Below are positions 39,901 through 54,900 of a stretch of 64,000 nt of DNA, in pieces (position 1 is the stretch's first letter; every line of letters begins with the position of its first letter). Both the position numbers and the translations under genes were made by a program. The notes under the pieces were generated by a model. That model was given only the letters and a program-made list of their open reading frames with translations, was not told the DNA's origin and ran no database searches. The stretch comes from Bacteroidales bacterium (GTDB lineage: Bacteria > Bacteroidota > Bacteroidia > Bacteroidales > UBA4417), in assembly GCA_963677975.1 (NCBI GenBank), contig OY782677.1, forward strand, positions 779,605 to 843,604, in the 5' to 3' direction.

Positions 39901-42900
39901 TGGCGGAACTATGGCAGGTGCAGCATCAGATTCAATAAAGTGGACATCATCAGCAAACAACGAATGGGCAATTAGGGCTGTTCGCATTAAACCAAATACT
40001 ATCAGTACCGTTGCTTCAGTTGCTTTTACACAAAATCCAGGTATGTGTTCGGCGTTTACTATACCGGCAAGTGCAGCGATTTCTGCAAGTCTGTATTTAA
40101 CAATTAACACAGGTTCGATGCCAGGTTCGCCATCAATTACGGCAACGGTTACAGCAGGTGCTTCAACCATAGCAACCCTCAATACTGCAAGTTATAGCGG
40201 GGGATTACTTACGTTAAGCGGAACTACCAATGCTGTGACCGTACCAGCCGGAACTCCGGTTGTTTTAACTGTTACCACTGCACAGGCAGGTGTTACTTTC
40301 GTCATTCGTTACGACCACCAGACCTATCCTTCGCGTATCGATCTGCCTGCAACTACAGTTATTACGAACGATGCCCTTAATTTTTACGATGCGGCATACT
40401 CAGGTGGAAATATAGTAGGTGGTGCGCTTACCGGGCAGACTATTTATATACGGGGTACCGCCAGCGATCCCTTCGGTGCAGCCGATATCACGAGCATGAC
40501 ACTTAAAATTACTGACCCTTCTTTAACTACAACCACAATTACCGGCATTCCTGTTGTGAACACCAGCGGCTGCGGCAAGACATTCGAATATGCCTGGACG
40601 GTGCCCAACACTACCGGAACATATACCATCCAGACTATTGCCCGCGAAGGGACCGAAAACAATGTATCCGATACCCTTACAAAAACAATTAATGTAAGCT
40701 TCCAGGATCTTGGGTCGCCCTGCACTATGGCTTTTACCGATAACGCCGGGGCGCCTAAAATCAATTTTGCCCCCAATGCACAAATCTGCGTCCAGATCAG
40801 CGAAGCCGATAAAAATCAACTTTCCGGTACGGCCGAAACTATTACTGCTGTATTAAGTACAGCCCCCGGAGGCGATACCGAATCGGTGACACTTACCGAA
40901 ACAGGTAATAATACTGGTATTTTCAGGGGTTGTATTAACTCGAACAGTACAACCAATAGTTCCGGCGTACTGTATGCCCCGGTTGGAGCAATTATATCGG
41001 CTATCTACACCGACCCGAATGACCCTTCCGATGTTTGTAACGCCAATGCGTATATCAGCGCTCCTGCGCCTGCCGTAACAATTGTTAAATCCATTGTAAC
41101 ACCCAGCGATGGGATAACATTGGTCAATACGGATGTACAGTTCCGGATTATTGTTACAAATCCGGGTACTACCACCCTTACCACAGTTGCCGTGACCGAT
41201 AACTATAATTCCACCTTCCTGGGATATTCGGGGGCAAGCATAATGCCGACTTCTGCCGGTGGAGGTATTATTAGCTGGAGCAATGTAGGCCCGATTTTAC
41301 CGGGAGGAAGTGTAACGATTTATGTAGATTTCTCGGCGCTTGCCACCGTGAATAACACAACAAACAGCGCCAGTGTATCTGCTTCTGATGCAACCCCTAC
41401 AACAGTAACCAGTGGCCCATCCACGGCACTGGTCACAATTACCGACCCGCGGATGACCCTGAGTAAAACACTTACCAGTGGAGGCGGAAATGCCTATTTA
41501 GGGAGTACACTTACATACAGTCTAGTCTTAACAAACACAGGAAACACAGTAATTTCCACGTTGCCCCTAACCGACCAGTATAGTCCTTCATGCATGTCGT
41601 TAACCAGTGCTTCCATTGCACCTGATGCGAATAACGGTGGAATGCTGCTATGGAATAACCTTGGACCTTTGAATCCTACGGCAAGCATTACCATCAACCT
41701 GAGCTACCTGGTAATTGGATCCTGTCCTTCGGTGAACAACAGCGCAGATGTAAGCTATGCGTATGATGTAAATAGCGATCCCGTCCCCCCGGTAAGCAGT
41801 ACAGTTTCGAAGGATATACAGCTGATTCCAGAAGCTGTTAACGATACTGCATATACCACGGTTAATAATGCAGTGATTATCAATGTTCCGGGTAACGACA
41901 CCGATCCGAACGGCAATCTGAACCTGGCAAGTGTAACAACTTCAGGGCTTCTCGCTCCGGCACACGGAACACTTTCAGCTCCTGATGGTACCGGCCATAT
42001 TACCTATACACCAAACTCAGGTTATTCCGGCGTTGACCAGTTCGAATACCGCATTTGCGATAATACATCTCCGCCTTTATGTGATGTAGCCCTTGTAACC
42101 GTGTATATAAACTGTGCGGGCACAAGCGGTAAAAATATCATCAACGGGACCGTCTTTTTAGATTCAAACTTTAATGGGGCTTTGGATAATTCCGAAACTT
42201 CAACGGCTAATGTGAGGGTAGTGCTTTACCAGGATGTTAATTTCAACGGTTCACGCGACGGACTTGATATTAAGATCGATTCTGTTCTTACAACAAATGC
42301 TGCAATTAACTATCAATTCGAATTAGTTAATTCTTCCTGGCCTAAGCAATACCTTGTTTTAACACGGACAAATTCCTATCCGGCAAATTCGGTACTTACC
42401 ACTGATAATATTGAGATAGCGAATTTTGCTGCCCAGAGTACTTCCGATTGCAACAATAATTTCGGCTATGCCCCCGGAGCTGATCTTTCACTTCCTAAAG
42501 ATGTGAATGTTTCACATATCTGCAAAAACGGGAATGTTATATTTACCCTTTCTCTTACCAATTCCGGGCCGGCAACAGCCAACAATGTAGCAGTTAAAGA
42601 TATGCTTCCCTCGGGATTGACCTATGTAGGTTCCATTCCAGGTCAGGGAAGTTATAGCAATGCTACAGGCATCTGGACAGTGGGTTCGGTAACCAGCGGT
42701 ACAACACTGACTTTACAGATCACGGCCCAGGCAACAGGTACAGGTTATATCACAAATACAGCTGAAGTATCTGCCAGCGATCAGTACGACATTGATTCGG
42801 AGGTAAATAACAATAACCCATTGGAAGATGACCAGAATGATGCACAGATTTTGATTTACGATGTACCCGCTGTAACTACAAGTTCGAATTCCCCGGTTTG

Positions 42901-45900
42901 TGTGGGAAGTTCAATCACTTTATCATCGACACCTTCGGGAGGCGCATCTCCCTACACCTTCAGCTGGACAGGTCCTGACGGTTATACCGGCAATACCGAA
43001 GATCCTACTGTATCAGCAAGCGCCACAACCGCGATGGCAGGTACCTATAATTTAATGGTTTCCGATACAAATGGGTGTTCTGCATACAGCAGCACCAGTG
43101 TTGTAGTTGATAACCAGCCGCCGACGGTAACAAGTTGTCCTTCCAATATCAGTCATGCGGTGGATGCCGGAGAATGCAACTATACAGTAAATCCATCAGA
43201 ACCGGTTTTTGCCGACAATTGCAGTGTTACAAGCGTAACATGGGTTATGGCGGGAGCCAACACGGGAAGTGGAAGCATAAGCATAGGCTCGACTGACTTT
43301 CTGACCGGTACAACCACGATAACTTATACTGCGCAGGATGCTGCGGGTAATACAGCGACCTGTTCCTTTACGGTAACAGTGACCGACAACATCAATCCGG
43401 CTATCACCTGCCCATCGAATGTGAGCCAGAATGTAAGCTCGGGATGCGATAAGTCCATAGCCATAACCGATCCGACCTATTCTGACAACTGTTCGGTAAC
43501 AGCATTAACCTGGGCGATGACAGGAGCCACCACGGCAACTTCGGCAGGCACAGGCATCAATGTTGTGGGCACACAAACCTTCAACGTAGGGACTTCCACA
43601 ATAACCTACACAGCGAAAGATGCAGCGAACAATACAGCGACCTGTTCATTTACAGTAACAGTGACCGACAACATCAATCCGGCTATCACCTGCCCATCGA
43701 ATGTGAGCCAGAATGTAAGTTCGGGATGCGATAAATCCATAGCAATAACCGATCCGACGTATTCTGACAACTGTTCGGTAACAGCATTAACCTGGGCGAT
43801 GACAGGAGCCACCACGGCAACTTCGGCAGGCACAGGCATCAATGTTGTGGGCACACAAACCTTCAACGTAGGGACTTCCACAATAACCTACACAGCGAAA
43901 GATGCAGCGAACAATATAGCGACCTGTTCATTTACAGTAACGGTGACCGACAACATCAATCCGGCTATCACCTGCCCATCGAATGTGAGCCAGAATGTAA
44001 GTTCGGGATGCGATAAATCCATAGCAATAACCGATCCGACGTATTCTGACAACTGTTCGGTAACAGCATTAACCTGGGCGATGACAGGAGCCACCACGGC
44101 AGCTTCGGCAGGCACAGGCATCAATGTTGTGGGCACACAAACTTTCAACGTAGGGACTTCCACAATAACCTACACAGCGAAAGATGCAGCGAACAATACA
44201 GCGACCTGTTCATTTACAGTAACGGTGACCGACAACATCAATCCGGCTATCACCTGCCCATCGAATGTGAGCCAGAATGTAAGTTCGGGATGCGATAAAT
44301 CCATAGCCATAACCGATCCGACCTATTCTGACAACTGTTCGGTAACAGCATTAACCTGGGCGATGACAGGAGCCACCACGGCAACTTCGGCAGGCACAGG
44401 CATCAATGTTGTGGGCACACAAACCTTCAACGTAGGGACTTCCACAATAACCTACACAGCGAAAGATGCAGCGAACAATACAGCGACCTGTTCATTTACA
44501 GTAACGGTGACCGACAACATCAATCCGGCTATCACCTGCCCATCGAATGTGAGCCAGAATGTAAGCTCGGGATGCGATAAGTCCATAGCCATAACCGATC
44601 CGACCTATTCTGACAACTGTTCGGTAACAGCATTAACCTGGGCGATGACAGGAGCCACCACGGCAACTTCGGCAGGCACAGGCATCAATGTTGTGGGCAC
44701 ACAAACCTTCAACGTAGGGACTTCCACAATAACCTACACAGCGAAAGATGCAGCGAACAATACAGCGACCTGTTCCTTTACAGTAACGGTGACCGACAAC
44801 ATCAATCCGGCTATCACCTGCCCATCGAATGTGAGCCAGAATGTAAGTTCGGGATGCGATAAATCCATAGCAATAACCGATCCGACGTATTCTGACAACT
44901 GTTCGGTAACAGCATTAACCTGGGCGATGACAGGAGCCACCACGGCAACTTCGGCAGGCACAGGCATCAATGTTGTGGGCACACAAACTTTCAACGTAGG
45001 GACTTCCACAATAACCTACACAGCGAAAGATGCAGCGAACAATACAGCGACCTGTTCATTTACAGTAACGGTGACCGACAACATCAATCCGGCTATCACC
45101 TGCCCATCGAATGTGAGCCAGAATGTAAGTTCGGGATGCGATAAATCCATAGCAATAACCGATCCGACGTATTCTGACAACTGTTCGGTAACAGCATTAA
45201 CCTGGGCGATGACAGGAGCCACCACGGCAACTTCGGCAGGCACAGGCATCAATGTTGTGGGCACACAAACTTTCAACGTAGGGACTTCCACAATAACCTA
45301 CACAGCGAAAGATGCAGCGAACAATATAGCGACCTGTTCCTTTACGGTAACGGTGACCGACAACATCAATCCGGCTATCACCTGCCCATCGAATGTGAGC
45401 CAGAATGTAAGTTCGGGATGCGATAAATCCATAGCAATAACCGATCCGACGTATTCTGACAACTGTTCGGTAACAGCATTAACCTGGGCAATGACAGGTG
45501 CCACCACGGCAACTTCGGCAGGCACAGGCATCAATGTTGTGGGCACACAAACCTTCAACGTAGGGACTTCCACAATAACCTACACAGCGAAAGATGCAGC
45601 GAACAATACAGCGAGCTGTTCATTTACAGTAACGTTGACCGACAACATCAATCCGGCTATCACCTGCCCATCGAATGTGAGCCAGAATGTAAGTTCGGGA
45701 TGCGATAAATCCATAGCAATAACCGATCCGACCTATTCTGACAACTGTTCGGTAACAGCATTAACCTGGGCGATGACAGGAGCCACCACGGCAACTTCGG
45801 CAGGCACAGGCATCAATGTTGTGGGCACACAAACCTTCAACGTAGGGACTTCCACAATAACCTACACAGCGAAAGATGCAGCGAACAATACAGCGACCTG

Positions 45901-48900
45901 TTCATTTACAGTAACAGTGACCGACAACATCAATCCAGCTATCACCTGCCCATCGAATGTGAGCCAGAATGTAAGCTCGGGATGCGATAAATCCATAGCA
46001 ATAACCGATCCGACGTATTCTGACAACTGTTCGGTAACAGCATTAACCTGGGCGATGACAGGAGCCACCACGGCAACTTCGGCAGGCACAGGCATCAATG
46101 TTGTGGGCACACAAACCTTCAACGTAGGGACTTCCACAATAACCTACACAGCGAAAGATGCAGCGAACAATACAGCGACCTGTTCATTTACAGTAACAGT
46201 GACCGACAACATCAATCCGGCTATCACCTGCCCATCGAATGTGAGCCAGAATGTAAGCTCGGGATGCGATAAATCCATAGCAATAACCGATCCGACGTAT
46301 TCTGACAACTGTTCGGTAACAGCATTAACCTGGGCGATGACAGGAGCCACCACGGCAACTTCGTCAGGCACAGGCATCAATGTTGTGGGCACACAAACCT
46401 TCAACGTAGGGACTTCCACAATAACCTACACAGCGAAAGATGCAGCGAACAATACAGCGACCTGTTCATTTACAGTAACAGTGACCGACAACATCAATCC
46501 GGCTATCACCTGCCCATCGAATGTGAGCCAGAATGTAAGTTCGGGATGCGATAAATCCATAGCAATAACCGATCCGACGTATTCTGACAACTGTTCGGTA
46601 ACAGCATTAACCTGGGCGATGACAGGAGCCACCACGGCAACTTCGGCAGGCACAGGCATCAATGTTGTGGGCACACAAACCTTCAACGTAGGGACTTCCA
46701 CAATAACCTACACAGCGAAAGATGCAGCGAACAATACAGCGACCTGTTCATTTACAGTAACGGTGACCGACAACATCAATCCGGCTATCACCTGCCCATC
46801 GAATGTGAGCCAGAATGTAAGTTCGGGATGCGATAAATCCATAGCCATAACCGATCCGACCTATTCTGACAACTGTTCGGTAACAGCATTAACCTGGGCG
46901 ATGACAGGAGCCACCACGGCAACTTCGGCAGGCACAGGCATCAATGTTGTGGGCACACAAACCTTCAACGTAGGGACTTCCACAATAACCTACACAGCGA
47001 AAGATGCAGCGAACAATACAGCGAGCTGTTCATTTACAGTAACAGTGACCGACAACATCAATCCGGCTATCACCTGCCCATCGAATGTGAGCCAGAATGT
47101 AAGTTCGGGATGCGATAAATCCATAGCAATAACCGATCCGACGTATTCTGACAACTGTTCGGTAACAGCATTAACCTGGGCGATGACAGGAGCCACCACG
47201 GCAACTTCGGCAGGCACAGGCATCAATGTTGTGGGCACACAAACTTTCAACGTAGGGACTTCCACAATAACCTACACAGCGAAAGATGCAGCGAACAATA
47301 CAGCGACCTGTTCATTTACAGTAACGGTGACCGACAACATCAATCCGGCTATCACCTGCCCATCGAATGTGAGCCAGAATGTAAGTTCGGGATGCGATAA
47401 ATCCATAGCAATAACCGATCCGACGTATTCTGACAACTGTTCGGTAACAGCATTAACCTGGGCGATGACAGGAGCCACCACGGCAACTTCGGCAGGCACA
47501 GGCATCAATGTTGTGGGCACACAAACCTTCAACGTAGGGACTTCCACAATAACCTACACAGCGAAAGATGCAGCGAACAATACAGCGAGCTGTTCCTTTA
47601 CGGTAACAGTGACTGACAACATCTCACCGAATATCAGCGACTGCGGGCTCAACCTGAGTGCGAATGCCAACGGCAGTTGCCAGGCAGCAGTACCTAATTT
47701 CACCACGGCAGTAGTAGCAACGGATAACTGTACGGCGAGCGGATCGCTGACCATTACCCAGAGCCCGGCGGCAACAACGCTTGTAGGCGCGGGAGTAACC
47801 ACAGTAACAATTTCCGTTGCGGATGCAGTGGGGAACACCTCTACCTGTTCGCGCACTTTTACGGTAACGGATAATGATCCTCCTGTTTTTGACTGCGGGA
47901 CCTTAACGACAGTAAGTTTAACGACGAATCCATCGACAGGATGTACGAATGATACAGATGTAACGCCACCAGTAGCAACAGATAACTGCGATACTCCGAT
48001 CACAGGGGTAGGCACGCGCAGCGATGCAGCAGCGATTAATGCAGCATGGCCGTTAGGCACCACCACAATTACCTGGACCTTCACCGATGCAGCTGGCAAC
48101 ACTACCACCTGTTCACAGAATGTAACGGTAACGGATAATGATCCTCCTGTTTTTGATTGCGGCACCTTAACGACAGTAACCTTAACGACGAATCCATCGA
48201 CGGGCTGTACGAACGACACAGATGTCACTCCTCCGGTCGCCACCGATAACTGCGACACACCGATTACGGGCGTTGGCACGCGCAACGATGCAGCAGCGAT
48301 TAATGCAGCATGGCCGTTAGGCACAACCACAATCACCTGGACATTTACAGATGCAGCGGGCAACAGTACGACCTGTTCCCAGAATGTTACGGTAACAGAT
48401 AATGATCCTCCTGTTTTTGACTGCGGGACCTTAACGACAGTAAGTTTAACGACGAATCCATCGACAGGATGTACGAATGATACAGATGTCACTCCTCCGG
48501 TCGCTACAGATAACTGCGACACGCCGATTACGGGCGTTGGCATGCGCAGCGACGCAGCAGGTATCAATTCGCCATGGACATTAGGCACCACAACGATCAC
48601 CTGGACCTTCACCGATGCAGCTGGCAACACTACCACCTGTTCACAGAATGTAACGGTAACGGATAATGATCCTCCTGTTTTTGATTGCGGCACCTTAACG
48701 ACAGTAAGTTTAACGACGAATCCATCGACGGGCTGTACGAACGACACAGATGTCACTCCTCCGGTCGCCACCGATAACTGCGACACACCGATTACGGGCG
48801 TTGGCACGCGCAGCGATGCAGCTGGTATCAATTCGCCATGGACATTAGGCACCACAACGATCACCTGGACCTTCACCGATGCAGCTGGCAACACTACCAC

Positions 48901-51900
48901 CTGTTCACAGAATGTAACGGTAACGGATAATGATCCTCCTGTTTTTGATTGCGGCACCTTAACGACAGTAGCCTTAACAACGAATCCATCAACAGGCTGT
49001 ACGAACGACACAGATGTCACTCCTCCGGTCGCCACCGATAACTGCGACACACCGATTACGGGCGTTGGAACGCGCAGCGACGCAGCTGGTATCAATTCGC
49101 CATGGACATTAGGCACCACAACGATCACCTGGACCTTTACCGATGCAGCGGGCAACAGTACGACCTGTTCACAGAATGTTACGGTAACGGATAATGATCC
49201 TCCAGTTTTTGATTGCGGCACCTTAACGACAGTAAGTTTAACGACGAATCCATCGACAGGATGTACGAATGATACAGATGTCACTCCTCCGGTCGCAACA
49301 GATAACTGCGACACGCCGATTACGGGCGTTGGAACGCGCAGCGACGCAGCTGGTATCAATTCGCCATGGACATTAGGCACCACAACGATCACCTGGACCT
49401 TTACCGATGCAGCGGGCAACAGTACGACCTGTTCACAGAATGTTACGGTAACGGATAATGATCCTCCTGTTTTTGACTGCGGGACTTTAACGACAGTAAG
49501 TTTAACGACGAATCCATCGACAGGATGTATGAATGATACAGATGTAACGCCGCCAGTCGCAACAGATAACTGCGATACCCCGATCACAGGGGTAGGCACG
49601 CGCAGCGATGCAGCAGCGATTAATGCAGCATGGCCGTTAGGCACCACCACAATCACCTGGACATTTACAGATGCAGCGGGCAACAGTACGACCTGTTCCC
49701 AGAATGTTACGGTAACGGATAATGATCCGCCAACAGTTGCCACCTGTCCCTCAAATATTTTGATAAATAATGAGCCTGGTATTTGTGGAGCTCATGTTAC
49801 ATATACACTTCCCACCTTTAATGATAACTGTGCCGGAAGCGGACTAACAGGGACACTTACAGCTGGCCAGGTATCAGGATCATTATTCCCCACCGGAACT
49901 ACGACTGTAACATATGAATATACAGATCCTTCAGGGAATGGTCCAGCTATCTGCAGTTTTACCGTTGTGGTAAAACCATGTGCCGATTTGACTATCACTA
50001 AAACAGACGGTACCGCCACCTATACCCCGGGAACAACCACAACCTACACTATTGTAGCCACTAATAATGGCCCGAGCAGTATAACCGGAGGCACCATATC
50101 GGATGCCATTCCATCGGGCACTACCTGGATTTTTACAGCCGTTGGCACAGGTGGAGCCACAGGCTTCACAAGCGGACCAGCAAACACAGCCATCAACGAT
50201 GTGGTGAACATGCCAAGCAGCAGTACAATTACTTATACGGTTGTAGTAACAATTCCAACAGGAAGAACCGGTAACCTGGTAAATACGGCTACAATCACTC
50301 CTCCCGCCGGAGTAGCGGATCCAACACCTGCTAACAATAATGCCGTAGATACAGATGTGCAGAACAGCATTGCCGATCTGAGAATCACCAAGACAGATGG
50401 TACTGCAACCTATACCCCCGGAACAACCACTACTTATACGATAGTTGCTACGAACAATGGCCCCAGCACGGTTATTGGTGCCACCATATCAGATGCAATC
50501 CCAGCTGGGACGACCTGGAGTTATACCGCAAGTTCTACCGGCTTAGCCACTGGTTTCACAGCTGGTCCAGCCACCACAGACATCAACGATGTTGTGAACA
50601 TGCCGGGTGGTAGTACTATTACCTATACTGTGGTAGTAACAATCCCATCGGGACAAACAGGTGACCTGGTAAATACTGCCACGATAGCAGTTCCGGTAGG
50701 AGTAACTGATCCTACACCAGGCAACAATAACGCAACAGATACCGATACAAAGAACAGCAAGGCTGACCTGAGCATAACCAAGACTGACGGGATCGGAACT
50801 TATATTCCAGGTACCACAACTACTTATATGATTGTTGTTACTAACAATGGTCCTAGTGATGTAACGGGAGCCACTGTAGCTGATGCCATTCCATCGGGTA
50901 CAACGTGGATTTATACAAGCAGCGCCGCAGGCGGGGCAACAGGCTATACACCAGGACCAGCCATTACTGCCATAAGCGATGTAGTAAATATGCCTGCCGG
51001 AAGCACTGTCACTTATAGCGTTGTTGTAACTATTCCTTCAGGACGAACCGGGAATCTGATAAATACGGCAACGGTCACAGCTCCTGTGGGTATACCTGAT
51101 CCGAACCCGGGCAACAACAGTGCAACAGACATCGACGCACAAAATAGTACAGCAGACCTGAGTATCACCAAGACGGATGGAATCGGAACTTATATTCCTG
51201 GCACTACGACCACCTACACGATCGTTGTCACTAATAGCGGTCCAAGTTATGTAACGGGAGCCACAATTTCGGATGCCATCCCATCAGGTACTACCTGGAG
51301 TTATACGGCAAGCGGTACAGGAGGAGCTACAGGCTTCACAACCGGTACAGGCACTGCTGCTATCAACAATACCGTAAACATGCCAGTTGGCAGCACGATC
51401 ACGTATATTGTAACAGTGACTATTCCTTCAGGCCGAACAGGAGACTTGGTCAATACGGCAACTGTCACCGCACCTGGAGGAGTTACAGATCCGACCCCGG
51501 GCAATAACAGTGCTACAGATACAGACACAAAAAACAGTGTCGCGGACCTGAGCATCACCAAGACGGACGGCAATGCTACTTATATCCCCGGTACTACGAC
51601 TACATACACGATCGTAGCCACAAATAATGGTCCAAGTAATGTAACGGGAGCTACCATTGCGGATGCTATCCCATCAGGCACGACATGGAGTTATACCGCA
51701 AGCGCTACCGGCGGAGCCACAGGCTTCACTGCCGGTCCGGCCACCACAGCCATCAACAATATAGTGAACATGCCTAGCGGTAGCAAGATTACATATACAG
51801 TTGTAGTAACAATTCCGTCAGGACGAACAGGTAACCTGGTGAATACTGCAACGGTGACCACACCTGTCGGTGTAACTGATCCGACCCCGGGCAATAACAG

Positions 51901-54900
51901 CGCTACGGATACTGACACTCAGAACAGTATAGCAGACCTGAGAATTACTAAGACAGATGGCCATGCTACCTATGTTCCCGGTACCACGACTACATACACA
52001 ATAGTAGCCACCAATACTGGTCCAAGCAATGTAACCGGAGCCTCAATTGCGGATGCCATTCCATCGGGCACAACATGGAGTTATTCGGCCAGCGCTACAG
52101 GTGGAGCCACAGGCTTCACAGCCGGACCAGCAACCAATGCTATTAGTGATGTTGTGAACATGCCAGGCGGCAGCACAATCACTTATACGGTTGTAGTTAC
52201 AATTCCATCAGGACGAACAGGCAATCTCGTGAATACGGCTTCAATTGTTGCTCCTGTTGGAGTGACGGACCCGACCCCAGGCAACAACAGTGCTACGGAT
52301 ACTGACACGCAGAACAGTATTGCTGACCTGAGAATTACTAAGACTGACGGAATTACTATTTATATCCCCGGTACCACGACCACATACACTATAGTGGCAA
52401 CTAACAATGGTCCGAGTAATGTAATAGGAGCCACCATATCGGATGCCATCCCCTCAGGAACAACCTGGAGTTATACAGCAAGCGCTACAGGCGGAGCTAC
52501 AGGCGTCACAGCCGGACCATCCACTACAGCTATCAGTGATGTAGTGAATATGCCAGGCGGCAGCACAATCACCTACATAGTGGTGCTTACGATTCCATCA
52601 GGACAAACAGGTGCCCTGATAAATACTGCTACGATTACTGTGCCGGGAGGAGTAACAGATCCTACACCTGGCAATAATACCGCAACCGATACCGATGTAC
52701 CTATGTCAAGTGCAGATCTTGTCACGGTCAAGACGGACGGCAACGCTACCTATACAGCAGGCACGAATGTGGTTTACACAGTAACGGTTACCAACAACGG
52801 ACCTAGCGATGCTGTGAATGTACTTGTAGCCGACAATGCCCCTTCGGGCACGGCCATCACAGGCTGGACGTCAAGCGGCACCGGCGCCACCCCGCCGAAT
52901 GCGAGCGGCATCGGCAACCTGTCAGAGACGGTCTTGAGCATGCCTAACGGCAGCAGTGTGACCTATACGATCACCGTAAGTGTACCTTCCGACTATACGG
53001 GCAACCTGGTAAATACGGCCACGGTAAGCAGCCCGACCCCGGATCCTGATCCGACATGCCCGGCATGTACCGATACGGACACCCCGAGCCCAAGCGCCAA
53101 CCTGGTGACGGTCAAAACGGACGGTAGTGCTACCTATACAGCAGGCACGAATGTGGTTTACACGGTAACGGTTACCAACAACGGACCTAGCGATGCTGTG
53201 AATGTACTTGTAGCCGACAATGCCCCAGCGGGCACGGCTATCACAGGCTGGACGGCAAGCGGCACAGGCGCCACCCCACCGAATGCGAGCGGCAGCGGTA
53301 ACCTGTCAGAGACGGTACCCGGCATGCCTAACGGCAGCAGTGTCACCTATACGATCACCGTAAGTGTACCTTCCGACTATACAGGCAACCTGGTAAATAC
53401 GGCCACGGTAAGCAGCCCGACCCCGGATCCGGATCCGACATGCCCGGCATGTACCGATACGGACACCCCGAGCCCAAGCGCCAACCTGGTGACGGTCAAG
53501 ACGGACGGTAGTGCTACCTATACAGCAGGCACGAATGTGGTTTACACGGTAACGGTTACCAACAACGGACCTAGCGATGCTGTGAATGTACTTGTAGCCG
53601 ACAATGCCCCAGCGGGCACGGCTATCACAGGCTGGACGGCAAGCGGCACCGGCGCCACCCCACCGAATGCGAGCGGCAGCGGCAACCTGTCAGAGACGGT
53701 ACCCGGCATGCCTAACGGCAGCAGTGTCACCTATACGATCACCGTAAGTGTACCTTCCGACTATACGGGCAACCTGGTAAATACGGCCACGGTAAGCAGC
53801 CCGACCCCGGATCCGGATCCGACATGCCCGGCATGTACCGATACGGACACCCCGAGCCCAAGCGCCAACCTGGTGACGGTCAAGACGGACGGTAGTGCTA
53901 CCTATACAGCAGGCACGAATGTGGTTTACACGGTAACGGTTACCAACAACGGACCTAGCGATGCTGTGAATGTACTTGTAGCCGACAATGCCCCAGCGGG
54001 CACGGCTATCACAGGCTGGACGGCAAGCGGCACAGGCGCCACCCCGCCGAATGCGAGCGGCAGCGGCAACCTGTCAGAGACGGTACCCGGCATGCCTAAC
54101 GGCAGCAGTGTGACCTATACGATCACCGTAAGTGTACCTTCCGACTATACGGGCAACCTGGTAAATACGGCCACGGTAAGCAGCCCGACCCCGGATCCTG
54201 ATCCGACATGCCCGGCATGTACCGATACGGACACCCCGAGCCCAAGCGCCAACCTGGTGACGGTCAAGACGGACGGCAATTCCACCTACACCGCAGGCAC
54301 GAATGTGGTTTACACGGTAACGGTTACCAACAACGGACCTAGCGATGCTGTGAATGTACTTGTAGCCGACAATGCCCCTTCGGGCACGGCCATCACAGGC
54401 TGGACGGCAAGCGGCACCGGCGCCACCCCACCGAATGCGAGCGGCAGCGGTAACCTGTCAGAGACGGTACCCGGCATGCCTAACGGCAGCAGTGTCACCT
54501 ATACGATCACCGTAAGTGTACCTTCCGACTATACAGGCAACCTGGTAAATACGGCCACGGTAAGCAGCCCGACCCCGGATCCGGATCCGACATGCCCGGC
54601 ATGTACCGATACGGACACCCCGAGCCCAAGCGCCAACCTGGTGACGGTCAAGACGGACGGTAGTGCTACCTATACAGCAGGCACGAATGTGGTTTACACG
54701 GTAACGGTTACCAACAACGGACCTAGCGATGCTGTGAATGTACTTGTAGCCGACAATGCCCCAGCGGGCACGGCTATCACAGGCTGGACGGCAAGCGGCA
54801 CCGGCGCCACCCCACCGAATGCGAGCGGCAGCGGCAACCTGTCAGAGACGGTACCCGGCATGCCTAACGGCAGCAGTGTCACCTATACGATCACCGTAAG

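Noticed and set aside
43606-49743. A family of ten 91-aa minus-strand ORFs (MEVPTLKVCVPTTLMPVP...) and a 729-aa minus-strand ORF (47554-49743).
   Set aside because: They are antisense shadows of the + strand HYR arrays. Copy-to-copy differences are mostly synonymous in the + frame, not in these frames. The 91-aa ORFs appear or vanish between units (missing at 44170, 44452, 45580 and 46708) through single changes that are silent on the + strand. The translations are low-complexity V/T/A/P strings. The + frame gives canonical Cys-spaced HYR domains.
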